DNA from: Octopus sinensis
Taxonomy: Eukaryota
Reading direction: 5' to 3'
DNA length: 64,000 bases
Assembly: GCF_006345805.1 (NCBI RefSeq)
Contig: NC_042999.1
Location: forward strand, 62,248,001 to 62,312,000
The notes under the pieces were generated by a model. It made no database searches and was not told the origin of the DNA. It was given only the letters and a program-made list of their open reading frames with translations. Positions within the stretch are counted from its first letter, which is position 1, and each line of letters starts with the position of its first letter. The position numbers were made by a program, and so were the translations under genes. This document shows positions 24,935 to 38,610 of the stretch, piece by piece.

Positions 24935-25722
24935 ATGCTCTTACAGCATTATGACTGGGTGTCGAGGCTGTTACTCAACAAATCAAATGTGGACGTAATC
25001 TACCTTGATTTTGCAAGAGCTTTTGACGAGGTGGATCATGGTATGATATGCCACAAACTGCGTGACCGAAAATGTGTGGTTGCATGAATTCCTGAAATAT
25101 ACGAGTCAGGCAGTAGTGGTTAATGGAGCCACCTCTATGAACACACAAATAGTGAGCGGTGTTCCACAGGGCACTGTCTTGGTACCACTGCTTTTTATTG
25201 TGGCCCTTTCAGGTATGCCTTCAAATGACCAGATAGCCACTCTGGCCAGCTATGCAGACGATGCGAAAGTCTCGCAGAAAATACAGAACCCCAGCAATGT
25301 TGCGCACCTGCAGCAGGAGTTGGACTTAATCTACAGATGGGCTGAGGATAATAATATGCAGTTTAATGCTGAAAAATTCCAGGCCCTGCGCTACCAGCAT
25401 CCAAAATTGAATATTAAACTTACAGGATACACCGGTCCACAGGGAAATTCAATCCCAGAGCCTAAATCTGTGAGGGACCTGGGTATCGACATGAGTGATG
25501 ATACCTCTTTCCAAGTGCACATTACCAGTATGGCAACAAAGTGCAGACGACTAGCTGGGTGGATTCTAAGATCATTCAGAACCAGAGATAAGGAAACCAT
25601 GATGGTCCTCTGGCGGACATTCGTCCTCAGCCGCCTTGATTACTGCTCACAGCTATGGTCACCCACCAGTGTAAAATTAACAGCGGACCTTGAAGCAATC
25701 CAGAGAAGATTCACAAAGAAGA
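24935..25722 (+). mobile_element. CR1-like LINE reverse-transcriptase fragment (degenerate)
   Basis: [34 protein letters not shown] and RLDYCSQLWSP motifs with frameshifts. Confidence 0.9.
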
Positions 25723-25819
25723 TACCCGGTTTTGGTCACAGTGCACCGCAAAATGTGGGAGTCGTTAGGAATCTAAATCGTAGGGGACAGACACACAACT
25801 TCATTTTTATATATAAAGA
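25723..25819 (-). mobile_element. Probable Helitron 5' fragment interrupting the CR1 copy
   Basis: Minus strand begins A|TCTTTATATATAAAAATGAAGTTGTGTGTCTGTC, like the TC..TATATATAAA start of the 368-bp Helitrons. No CTAG end retained. Confidence 0.5.
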
Positions 25820-26409
<590 letters not shown>

Positions 26410-26410
<1 letters not shown>

Positions 26411-26830
26411 ATATTTATGTAGAAAAATACAAACTGGGACAAGAACGTAAAATATTTAAAAGACGATACTAAAAACACGGACGGGACATTCGAAGCCTTC
26501 AATCTTTCGGCTGATTAATCTTGACATTGCTCCGATCCGGCCAGCCCCAAGGAAAAACTAATCTACGAGCATTAGATTTCTTGGAAGAAGGATCGAATGT
26601 ATACGAAGCAGGGACAGAAAAACGGACGATGCCACACGAATATAAAATACAAAAAACAATAATGGTAAAAACAAGACAAAAACAGCGGGTGTCTTACGAC
26701 TAATAAACAGTACAACAAGTTTAGCTGGCGTATTTTGAAAAAATGCATTTATCGGCAGACGAAGACAACAGATGTTCTCCTGGCAGTGGTTGAAGGCAAA
26801 AGGCTGATTTGACCAGCGGTCACGTGACAG
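26410..26830. mobile_element. Interspersed repeat fragment, class uncertain (possibly Penelope-like)
   Basis: CpG-containing non-coding block within TA repeats. Class rests on recall only. Confidence 0.3.
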
Positions 26831-27202
26831 AAGAAGGAGAAAAGTAAGGGGGAAAAGGAAACAAAGAGAGAGAGAGAAAGAGGGACGAAGGCAACAAAGG
26901 GGGGAGAAGAGAGAGAAAGAAGGAATTAAAGGGAGGAGAAGGAAGAGTGCATGCCAAGGAGGGCTAGTGAGTGCAAGGTGAGAACGACAGAGAATTGTGA
27001 GAGAGTGGGGGGAAGAGTAGACCAAAGAATCAGAGGCAAGAAAAGAGAAAAGGAGAAGTAGAGAGAGAGAGAGAGAGAAGGGGACAGATCAAAGTAGAGT
27101 GCAAAGTGTGAAAGGCAGAGAAATGTAGGAGAGAGAGACAGTGTGTAGAGTCGTACCAAATTTTTATAGGAATATGTACCTACATATTAGGCCAACGAGG
27201 GT

Positions 27203-27401
27203 ACAGCGGACCTTGAAGCAATCCAGAGAAGATTCACAAAGAGGATCGTCTCTTTGCAACAGCTCAGCTACTGGGAAAAGTTGAAACAGCTAAGACTCTA
27301 CTCCCTGTAGAGAAGATGGGAGAGGTATGCAGTAATATATGTCTGGAAGATCCTGGAAGGAATTGTGCCAAATTTTGGCATTGTAAGCTACACCAATGCT
27401 A
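27203..27401 (+). mobile_element. CR1-like LINE fragment continuing 24935-25722
   Basis: Resumes at [12 protein letters not shown] and repeats ~40 bp of 25680-25720, then [35 protein letters not shown]. Confidence 0.85.
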
Positions 27402-27562
27402 CACATGTAAATATAGATATATATACATATATATATACATACATATATATATACATGTATATACATGTAAATATAGATATATATACATATATACACATAT
27501 ATATACATATATATTTCTACGTATACATATATATACATATATGTATGCATATATATACATAT

Positions 27563-28082
27563 AGCCTCTGTGCAGCATATAAGCTACTGGGAAAGACTCA
27601 AGAGATTAAAACTCTATTCCTTAGAGCGTAAGCTAGAAAGATATGCCATAATATACATTTGGAAGATCCTGGAATGTCTTGTCCCAAACTTTGGCATCGA
27701 GAGTTACACAAATACTAGAACAGGGTGCCACTGTATAGTGCCAAGGACTCCAAATTTGCCATCAAGATGTAGGACAAGATACTGTGATAGCCTGAGCTTC
27801 AGAGGTCCACAGCTCTTTAATATCCTCCCGAAGGACCTGAGAGACCTGCATGGGGTGGATGCAGATGTCTTTAAAATGAAACTGGATCTCTTCTTGTCAG
27901 GTATCCCAGATGAACCAACTTCACGGCAGGAGGTGCAGATGAGGGCAGCTGCATCAAACTCTCACATGCACCAAATGGCAATTGCTAAAAAGCATTCATG
28001 AAGTAAAATCATGTAGCAACACCAAATGGCAGTGCCCCAGCATGGCCACAGCTTGTGAGCTGAAACTAGATAAAATAAAATA
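27563..28082 (+). mobile_element. CR1-like LINE 3' end with (ATAAA)n tail
   Basis: [49 protein letters not shown], then the GTGCCCCAGCATGGCCACAGC 3' motif. Confidence 0.9.
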
Positions 28083-28084
28083 AT

Positions 28085-28228
28085 AAATATACATATATAT
28101 TTGTATATATGTATATATATATGTATGTATATATATGTATTTATATATATGTTTGTATATATATGTATATATATATATGTATATATCTATGTATATATAT
28201 ATATGTATATATATATATGTATTTATAT

Positions 28229-28268
<40 letters not shown>

Positions 28269-28327
28269 GTATATATATGTATATATATGTATGTATATAT
28301 ATTTATGTATATATATGTATATATATG

Positions 28328-28359
<32 letters not shown>

Positions 28360-28388
28360 TATATGTATGTATATATATATATATATAC
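28085..28388. repeat. (TA)n/(TATG)n microsatellite
   Basis: Direct low-complexity sequence. Confidence 0.9.
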
Positions 28389-29777
28389 GTGGCCGTAGCC
28401 AGTGCCGCATCGACTGGCCATCGTGCTGTTGGCACATAACGGGCGCCATCCAATCGTGGCTGTTCGCCAGCCTCATCTGGCACCTGTGTCAGTGGCACAT
28501 AAAAACACCATCCGAAGACCCGGCAAGACTAGTCAGGTCATAACCTGTGGCCCCTACCTGGGACGTGGTCAGTCCACCTGTGCATACCTTCATTCTTGCG
28601 ACACTTGTGAAGACCTGTTGAGGCAAGTGAAAATCAAAACAATCAAATAGATGAACATCAATGGAATTTGTATGTTTTGTGGGGTACCATGCCGGTGGCA
28701 CACAAGAAAACCATCCGAACATGTCCGTAGCCAGTACCGCATCAACTGGCCTCCGTGGTGTGGGCACGTAACAAACACCATCCGATCATGGCCTTCACCA
28801 GCTTCGTGTGGGGCGCTGTCGGTGGCACATAAAAACACCATCCGAAGACCTGCAAGGACTAGTCAGGCCATAACCCGTGGCCCCTACCTGGGACGTAGTC
28901 AGTCCACCTGTGCATACCTCCTTCTTGTGACACTTGTGAAGACCTGTTGAGGCAAGTGAAAATCAAAACAAATCAAAATAGATGAACATCAATGGAATTT
29001 GTATCTCTGTGGTACCAGTGCCGGTGGCACACAAGAAAACCATCCGAACATGGCCGTAGCCAGTACCGCATCAACTGGCCTCCGTGGTGTGGGCACGTAA
29101 CAAACACCATCCGATCATGGCCGTTCACCAGCCTCGTGTGGGGCCTGTGTCGGTGGCACATAAAAACACCATCCGAAGACCTGGCAAGACTAGTCAGGCC
29201 ATAACCCGTGGCCCCTACCTGGGACGTAGTCAGTCCACCTGTGCATACCTTCCTTCTTGTGACACTTGTGAAGACCTGTTGAGGCAAGTGAAAATCAAAA
29301 CAAATCAAAATAGATGAACATCAATGGAATTTGTATCTCTTGGTACCAGTGCCGGTGGCAACAAAAGAACGTGGCCGTAGCCAGTAACCGCATCGACTGG
29401 CCTCCGTGTTGTGGGCACGTAACAACCCCATTCGATCGTGGCCGTTCGCCAGCCTCATCTGGCACCTGTGTCGGTGGCACATACAAACACCATCCTAGCG
29501 TGGCCGTCTGCCAGCCTTGTCTGGCACCTGTGTCGGTGGGCAACATAAAAACACCATCCAAGCGTGGTCGTTCGCCAGCCTCGTCTGGCACCTGTGTCGG
29601 TGGCACATAAAATCACCCACTACACTCTCGGATGGTGTGGCGTTAGGAAGGGCATCAGCTGTAGAAACACTGCCAGATCTGACTGGCCTGGTGCAGCCTT
29701 CGGCTCCCCAGACCCCAGTTTGACCGCCAACCCATGCTAGCATGGAAGCGGACGTTAAATGATGATGATGATGATGA
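28389..29777 (+). mobile_element. (GAT)n-tailed SINE variant with an internal ~330-bp tandem triplication
   Basis: GGCACATAAAAACACCATCCGAAGACC at 28494, 28824 and 29155; core and tail at 29630-29777. Confidence 0.8.
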
Positions 29778-29943
29778 TGTATATATATATGTATGTATAT
29801 ATTATTTATATATATATGTATATATATATATATGTATTTATATATATATGTATATATCTAATGTATTTATATATATATGTATATATAATGTATATATATA
29901 TATGTTATATATATATGTATATATATATGTATGGGTATGTTTA

Positions 29944-29978
<35 letters not shown>

Positions 29979-30012
29979 ATATATTAATATATATATATAT
30001 ATATATAAGTAT

Positions 30013-30054
<42 letters not shown>

Positions 30055-30145
30055 GTATATATTATATATATGTATATATATATATATGTATATATATATA
30101 TAATATATATATGTATATATATATATATAATATATATATATAATG

Positions 30146-30193
<48 letters not shown>

Positions 30194-30282
30194 GTATTAT
30201 ATATATATATATATATGATATATATTATATATAATAATATCTATATAATATGTATATATTATATATGTATATATATATAATG

Positions 30283-30314
<32 letters not shown>

Positions 30315-30365
30315 ATATATATATATATATGTAATATATATATATAATGTATATATCTATATATG

Positions 30366-30404
<39 letters not shown>

Positions 30405-30420
30405 GTATCTTATATATATG

Positions 30421-30452
<32 letters not shown>

Positions 30453-30595
30453 ATATATATCTATTTATATATATATAATAAGTATATATATATATTATAT
30501 ATATATGTATATATATATATATATATGTACATATATGTATGTTCTATATATATACGTATGTATATATATGTATGTATATGTATGTATAAATATTA
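29778..30595. repeat. (TA)n-rich compound microsatellite
   Basis: Direct low-complexity sequence. Confidence 0.95.
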
Positions 30596-31441
30596 TAGTG
30601 TAATGCTTTTTTGCAATCATGTGATGTCAACTCAAGGACATTCATATACTTAGACACACACATCACACACACACAAGACTTGCCTATCATTTAACATCTG
30701 TGTTCCCTGGTCACTTTGATTGTAATTGTGCTCCAGTATCTGCTTTGGTATGATTTCTATGCCTGCTTGCCCTTCCTAGTGCAAACCACTTACAGTATGT
30801 TTTGGATCCTTTTATTAATTTTCTTTTTCATGACGCTGGCATTAGTCATGTTGTCATACATCCTGCAAATCTATGAGCTCCAAGGATTGTAGATGGCTTC
30901 ATGCTATGAAATGAGGGTCAAAGAATGAGAGAAGGAGAAAGGAAGAGCAGGTTCTTGCAGTACATAATCCCCATGGATGCTTACATTTAGATGAGTGACT
31001 GAGAATAATTAGTATGGGCTGTAAAGAAATAAACTGTAGTGATAAAATGTCCAGGTATGAAGTGAGTGAGTTGCTGTTTGCAAGATTATGTGGTGGAGCA
31101 AAAATGGTGGCACGAAAGAGGAGAGAGGAGGCAGGTAACAATTAGAAAGCTATAAAGTTTGTGTAGGGTTGAAAGTTGGATATAAGGAATGGTGAATGAC
31201 CGATGGTGTATGATTTGAGGAAGGTACCAGGATTAAGATGTGCTTCTTTCATAAGCATATCTTATGGGTTTAGTCAGTCCAAGATTACATGACTGGGAGG
31301 CAAGCTTTTTTACCACACAGCCACATCTGCACCTATTTCATACACACGTATATATATATACACACACACACACACACAAATATACACACACATACATATA
31401 CACACCGGCACATATATACTTACACAACGTATGTACATACA

Positions 31442-31491
<50 letters not shown>

Positions 31492-31524
31492 TATATATTT
31501 ATACATCATACACTTACATATACT

Positions 31525-31572
<48 letters not shown>

Positions 31573-31612
31573 ATAATTATATACATACATACATACATAC
31601 ATATATATACAT

Positions 31613-31701
<89 letters not shown>

Positions 31702-31709
31702 TATATATA

Positions 31710-32120
31710 GGCATAGGAGTGGCTGTGTGGTAAGTAGCTTGCTTACGAACCACATGGTCCCAGGTTCAGTCCCACTGTGTGGCACCTTGGGCAAGTGTCT
31801 TCTACTATAGCATCGGGTCGACCAAAGCCTTGTGAGTGGATTTGTTAGATGGAAACTGAAAGAAGCTCATTGTATATATGTATATGTATATATATGTGTG
31901 TGTGTTTGTGTCTGTGTCTATTTCCACAACATCGCTTGACAACTGATGCTGGTGTGTTTACGTCCCTGTAACTTAGCAGTTTGGCAAAATAGACCAATAG
32001 AATAAGTACTAGGCTTACAAAGATTAAGTCCTGGAGTTGATTTGCTCGACTAAAGGTGGTGCTCCAGCATGGCCATAGTCAAATGACTGAAACAAGTAAA
32101 AGAGTAAAAAGAGAGAAAGA
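31710..32120 (+). mobile_element. Full-length tRNA-derived SINE (CORE-like ACCTTGGGCAAGT motif, CR1-like tail)
   Basis: GGCATAGGAGTGGCTGTGTGGTAAG..GGTTCAGTCCC head, internal (TA)/(TG), and GGTGGTGCTCCAGCATGGCCATAGTC..GACTGAAAC(AAGTAAAAGAG) tail. Confidence 0.85.
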
Positions 32121-32689
32121 GAGTGTATATATATGAACAGAACTGAGAAACAATAGTATGCTTCAACATGTATTTATATGGATTTATCCTAGTAAGGATG
32201 TTTGTCCTTAAAGTTCAAATTTTTCTGGGCACTATTATCAAGAGACTATCTATAACATGTTTACTTTAGCATTTTATAACACATTGTGTGTGTGTGTCTA
32301 TATATATACACACACACACACACATACACACACATATATATATATATCTTCTTTAGATCAGTGAATCTTGAAGAAAGATAGCCATAAATAATAGCATGTA
32401 TAAATAATGTGAAATCACTTTTAGATAGAAAAAGTTGAGCTCTGACTGTGAGACCCAAAGCTTTTCTATCCAAAGAGTCTTTTTACCCCAGTATTTTTAC
32501 CAAATATTATAGCTTTGTTTCTTCAAGATTCACTGTTCCAAAAAAGAATTAATTCATGCTCTCTTAAAAGTTTCTCAATTCTTATGAAGCCAACAATCTC
32601 TCTCTCCCCCTCTCCCTCCCTCCCCCTCTCTCCCTCCCTCCTCTCTCTCTCTCTCTCTACATACACACACACATATGTATATATATATA

Positions 32690-32958
32690 TACCACATGTC
32701 CATTTGACTGACCAGACTATCAGATGTTGTTACATATCACTAGTCACAATGTGCTTTGCATCATTTTAGCCTTTGTATGACACCATTCCACTGGCTAGGT
32801 AAGCAGGCCAACATTCCCCACTGATCAAATGGGAGACTGAAAAAATGTGAAATGAAGTATTTTGCTCAAGAACACAATGTGCTGCCTGGCCTGGGAATCA
32901 AACCAATGATCTAACGATTGTTAGTGCAACAGCTCAGCCACTAGGCCACATGCCTTCA
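32690..32958 (-). mobile_element. tRNA-derived SINE
   Basis: Similar to 10298-10600. Confidence 0.7.
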
Positions 32959-33213
32959 CACACACACACATACACATTTTTGTAGAAAAGCACTTGATCA
33001 GCTAAGAGAATAATGATAAACTTAAAGTAAAAAGAAACACAAATCTTGTAAATACAGCTACCCAGGGGTTCCTGGTCAAAATAATAATTTATTCCACCAT
33101 TTTCAGTTTGATAAATGGAGAAATAAGTTATTATTTCGTCCAGGAAAGCCTGAGTAGCTGTATTTACAAGATATGTTTTATTTTTAATTTTAAGATTATA
33201 TATAAATGTGTGT

Positions 33214-33245
<32 letters not shown>

Positions 33246-33519
33246 ACATATCATTATAATCACCATGTAACATCTGTGCTTGATGCTAACAAAGTTCAGA
33301 TGATTTTACAGAATCCAACAAGCCCAATGACTACCTCAAGCTCTAATGTCTATCATGGCAAGGTTTCTACATCTACGATGGGGTACTGCAAAGTTCCCTG
33401 CTTTAAGGGTATCGCAAAAGGCCTGGTTGCAGGCTCAACCATCCAAGTTCTTTCACAAGGCTTAGAAAAACTGGAGGACCACTGCAATAAGTGTATGAAT
33501 CTGAGAGGCAAGTCATCAT

Positions 33520-33970
33520 CATCATCATCGTTCCATGCTAGCATGGGTTGGACGATTTGACTGAGGACTGGTGAACCAGATGGTTGCACCTGGCTCCAAT
33601 CTTGATCTGGCAGAGTTTCTACAGCTGGATGCCCTTCCTGACACCAACCACTCCGAGAGTGTAGTGGGTACTTTTACGTGCCACCAGCATGAGCACCTGT
33701 CAGGTGGTACTGGCAACAGCTACGCTCAAATAGTATTTTTTACATGCCACCTGCATAGGAGCCAGTCCAGCGGCACTAGCAATGACCTCGCTCGAATTTT
33801 GCTTTCACGTGCCAGTAAGGCAACACTGGTAACGATTACGCTCGAATGGTGCTTTTTACGTGCCACTGGCGCAGAAACCGGTTAGCCACTCTGGCAATGA
33901 TCACGCTTAGATGGTGCTCTTAGTGCTCCACTAGCACGGATGCCAGTCATCGAATTTGATTTCGATTTCG
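33520..33970 (-). mobile_element. (GAT)n-tailed SINE
   Basis: Tail, core and modules as in the other copies. Confidence 0.8.
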
Positions 33971-34579
33971 GGGAGTGTGTTGAATAAGATTCACTGAACT
34001 TTTCAGTACCCCCTTTGAAAAAGCTCTTCTTATTTGCAACTGCTTTGTGTATACTGAATCTTTTTTCAAGGCATCAGCACTAATAAATTTACCATGCAAC
34101 CAGAATGCCTAATATCTCATTCAAGTAAATGGAGCTACAGTAGAGAGAGTGGTGGCATTATGCTATGTGATGAGAGGTTTAAGTGGGTGAGAAGGGACCC
34201 AAGCAGAACAGGTTTCCTGCTGTTGATGAGCAACATGTTTATTCACATTAAAAAAGAGAAGGTGGGAGTGGAGCTGGAAAGTGAGAAAAGTAATGATGAT
34301 GAGTTGTCATGGTGGAAAGATAATTTGGTGGCTCAGGTGTAGTATCAATGTAAAATGTGGGTAGACAGGACAGTATTAAGAATGAAAGATTGATATCAAG
34401 TGAAATGTTTCTGGGTAGTAAGCAGGATAAGTGTATGAAGGAAATGCTGGTGAGCAGTTCAGCCAACATTTAATTGCAGTAGCAGAATGATGCTGTTAGA
34501 GAAATTATAGGTAGTGGAAATGTCTTTAGGAAGAAACTGGGCAGGGAATCCAGTTTTGCAGAAAATAAATGAATCTGCT

Positions 34580-34735
34580 CAAGAACTTCTTGTTGCAAGT
34601 CATCTCAGTCCTTTCTCATCTCTGTGACATTCACGATCCTGAAATCAGTCTTCATCACTTTGTCCCATATCTTCCTAGGTCTCCCTCTTTTACAAACTCT
34701 ATCCCTGGTTGACACTTCTTTATACAACTGTCTTC
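34580..34735 (-). mobile_element. Decayed RTE-clade LINE 3' region
   Basis: Reverse complement reads ..GRPRKIWDKVMKTD.., homologous to 36910-36960 and 51410-51460. Confidence 0.6.
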
Positions 34736-34741
34736 ATCCAT

Positions 34742-35125
34742 ATACATCATCATCATTTAGCGTCCGCTTTCCATGCTAGCATGGGTTGGACGGTTCAACT
34801 GGGGTCTGGGAGGCCAGAAGGCTGCACCAAGCCCAGTCTGATCTGGCAATGTTTCTATGGCTGGATGCCCTTCCTAACGCCAACCACTCCGTGAGTGTAG
34901 TGGGTGCTTTTTATGTGCCAGACGAGGCTGGCAAACGGCCACGATCAGATGGTGCTTTTTACGTGCCACTGGCACGGATGCCCGTCGGGGCGGCGCTGGC
35001 AATGGCCACATTTGGATGGTTCGCTTACGTGCCACCGGCACTGGTATCACAGCTACAATTTCCATTGATGTTGATCGATTTCGATTTTGATTCTGATTCT
35101 CACTTGTCTCAACAGGTCTTACACA
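34742..35125 (-). mobile_element. (GAT)n-tailed SINE
   Basis: Tail, core and modules. Confidence 0.8.
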
Positions 35126-35486
35126 CATCTATATATATCATATATTCATATCAGTGCAAGTCTTCGTTCTTGTACCCTACATTGGATTTCTCTTATACCT
35201 TGTTTTTCTCCCAACACACATGTGCTTTTCTGGTTCATGCACATTTACATTGCTCATCCAATGAAGTATGCTAGCTTTATTTCCTTCCGGACTTCTCAAG
35301 TTCTTTGAATTCAAAGCTCAACCATGCACATTGAAGTTCTAACACAAGCATCATGTCATCAGCCATTCAACTTGAAGCAAAGGACCTTTGTTGCTGAGCC
35401 ATTCCGACCTGTCCTTACCCTAGCTACTGCTTCCTCGGAAACAAAAGCTATCAACCATTTCTAATGCACCGTACCTATCCATTCAT

Positions 35487-35607
35487 CTGTCTGCTCTCTC
35501 TCTTTCTTTCTCTCTCTCTTTCTTTCTTTTTCTCTCTCTCTCTTTCTTTTTCTCTCTCTCTTTCTTTTTCTCTCTCTCTCTTTCTTTCTTTTTCTCTCTC
35601 TCTCTCA
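35487..35607. repeat. (CT)n/(CTTT)n pyrimidine microsatellite
   Basis: Direct run. Confidence 0.9.
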
Positions 35608-35614
35608 CATATTT

Positions 35615-37035
35615 AGAAGTGATTATAGAGGCATCAAATTACTGGACCAGGTCATGAAACTTATGGAAAGAATTATAGCCAAATTAATAAGGAACATAAT
35701 CAGATTAGATGAAGTAGAGTTTGGCTTTATGCTGGGGAGAAGCACTACTGATGTTAAATTTATAGTCAGATAACTGCAAGAGAAGTATTTGGCTAAGAAT
35801 AAACTATTGTACTTGGCATTTGTTGACTTGGAGAAAGCCTTCAACAGAGTACCCCACTGTGTGATATGGTGGGCTCTGAGGAAGCTTGGGATAATGACTG
35901 CTTGTGAAACTGTAAACTCCATTTATAGAGGTCCTATCTGTAGGGTGAGAGTTAATCATGTGTATAGCAATGAATTTAGTGTACAAATCGGCGTTCATTG
36001 GGGTTCATTCTTCAGTTGGCTCCTAATCATTATTGTCCTCCAAACCATAACAGATGGTTCAAGACTGGTTGTCCCTGGGAACTGCTATATGCTGAGACTT
36101 TGGTCACATAGCAGATTTTGTGACAAAACTAGGAAAAAAAAATTCCAAGCATGGAAATAAAACCTGGAATCAAAGGGCCTTAAGGTCAACTTGGCAAAGA
36201 TCAAAGTTCAAGCAAACAAGAAAATAGACAGGATGCTACCCACTTCAGGTAAATAGTCTTGCTTGATATGTAGTAACAGTGTTGACAGGAATTCCATATA
36301 GTGTACTCAGTGCAAGCAGGAATTCCATACAGTGTATTCAGTGCAAGCTATTCACGGACACACAAGAGGTATGGTGAATAAGAGGAAGGTTACCAGAGAA
36401 AGTAGTGTTTGTATGTCGATGTACAGAGCTGTAAAGTCTACAGTCGCATAGGGAATTGATTTTCTCAGATGCCCCAGGGGTTCTCTGGAGGTAGTGGATA
36501 AGTTTTGCTACCTAGAAGACCTAATCAGTTGTAGACAAGGGTGTACAGCTAGAATACGAATGAAGAAAATTCGGAGAGCTTTTACCATGCAACCAAAGAT
36601 CTCTCTCTCAGTATAAAAGGAAGATTGTAATGATGCAGGCGTATGAACAACAATTCTGCATGGTAGTGAGATGTGGGCTCTGAATGCAGAAGACATGCAA
36701 AGACTAGAGAGGAATGAAGTTAACATGCTCCCTTGGATGTGCAATGTCAGTGTATATGTGTGACAGTGTATTGAGAGAAAAGTTAGGCATAAGACGAATG
36801 AGATGCAGTGTTCAGGTGAGAAGACTGTGCTGGTTTGGTCATGTGATGTGTATAGATGTGGATAGTTTCATAAAAAAAGTGCTGATCTCTTAAAGTGGAT
36901 GGAACTTGCAGAAGAGGGAGACCCAAGAAAATATGGAATGCGTATTGATGACTGATCTCAAGACACTGAGCCTTATGAAGGAATGAAAAGGGATCAAGAA
37001 CTCTGGCACCTTGCTGTACTCAAGAAGCTCTGACC
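35615..37035 (+). mobile_element. Degenerate RTE-clade LINE, reverse transcriptase to 3' end
   Basis: YRGIKLLDQVMK..FGFMLGRSTTD..RQLQEKY..LAFVDLEKAFNRVP..WWALRKLG..LHGSEMWAL..GRPKK with many stops and frameshifts. Confidence 0.85.
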
Positions 37036-37654
37036 ACCACCTTGGTAATGCTTGTCCATGAAGGGCTCTACCCCACCCCTACTTCCATCCTCTCTCACCT
37101 GTCTACCTTTTGCTTCACACTTCATTTCTTAAATCACATCACTTCTCTATTAGTAAAGTAGGCACATACTACATTGTCCGGCTTTCTCAGCTGCCTCTCC
37201 ACCCCCTCCTATTGCGAACCACTACCATTTCCCTTTATCTTCTCCTGCTTACAGTCTCCACTAATCTTCACCTTTTTGTGCCTTCTCACCTCTGTTATTC
37301 TCCATCATTAACACCTTACCTATTTGCTATCACCCTCAGTGCCATCACATATCTATTGCAACCACCACCTCTCTCTGAGCCTCTCCTATATTTTACTCCA
37401 TCACTTGCTACAGACACCACTTCCCATTCCACCCACTCACTCAGTCCACTCTGTATCAGTCCACTTATTCTCACCACCCCCAATGTCCCTTGAGGGCATG
37501 TGTTGATACCTTTGCCACCATCTCTTTCACTATTGCTATCTTTATCTTACTCTCTCTTCCTCACCTACTCTTTTTATCTTACCAACTTCTCCTTTTCCTC
37601 CCTACTGTGGTATCCATATGGCTACTCAACAGCAAGACACCTATCCTTGTCTCT

Positions 37655-37895
37655 CTATACCTATTTCTTTACTACCCACAAGGGGCTAAACACAGAGGGG
37701 ACAAACAAGGACAGACACACAGATTAAGTCAATTACATCGACCCCAGTGCGTAACTGGTACTTATTTAATCGACCCCAAAAGGATGAAAGGCAAAGTCGA
37801 TCTTGGCGGAATTTGAGCTCAGAACATAGCGGCAGATGAAATACCGCTAAGCATTTCACCCAGCGTGCTAACGATTCTGCCAGCTCGCCGCCTTT
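37655..37895 (-). mobile_element. tRNA-derived SINE (Nin-like)
   Basis: Well-preserved copy of the 8400-8630 family. Confidence 0.8.
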
Positions 37896-37974
37896 AATCT
37901 GTCAATTGGCACAAAGCTACCCTTGCTTCAATACTTCTTCCTTCCCAACCAAAATGCTTTGTCTCACAAGTCAT

Positions 37975-38610
37975 TTGATGATTTTGCCAGTGCTGGTGCT
38001 ACATAAAAAGCACTGGTGTTGGTGCCATGTTAAAAGCACCCAGTACACTCTGTAAAGTGGTTGGTGTTAGGAAGAGTATTCAGTTGTAGAAACCATGACA
38101 AAGCAATGGAGCTTGGCATGGTTGCTAGCATTACCAGCTCCTGTTAGACCATTCAACCCATGCCAGCATGGAAAACGGACATTAAATGATGTTGATGATA
38201 ATGATTATATAATTATATATACATGTATGTATGTATGTATGAATCATCATCATCATCATTTAACATCCACTTTCCATGCTAGCATGGTTGGGACGATTTG
38301 ACTGAGGGCTGGCAAACCAGATGGCTGCAACAGGCTCCAATCTGATCTGGTAGAGTTTCTACAGCTGGATACCCTTCCTAACGCCAACCACTCCAGCACA
38401 AGGACCAGTCAGGTGGTACTGGCAACGGCCATGCTCAAATGGTGTTTTTTACATGCCACCTGCACAGGAGCCAGTCCAGCAGCACTGGCAACGAACTCGC
38501 TCGAATGTTTTTTCACATGCCACCAGCACAGAAGCCAGTCAGCTGCTCTGGCAACAATCATGCTGTGATGGTGCTCTTAGCGCCCCACTGGCACAGGTGC
38601 CAGTCATCGT
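37975..38610. mobile_element. Two (GAT)n-tailed SINEs arranged tail-to-tail
   Basis: + copy at ~37975-38200 and - copy at ~38243-38610. Confidence 0.7.

Noticed and set aside
28389-29700. Regularly recurring ~22-bp motif resembling a CRISPR array
   Set aside because: Eukaryotic context, the 'spacers' are themselves repeated, no cas genes, and the block ends in a SINE core and tail.
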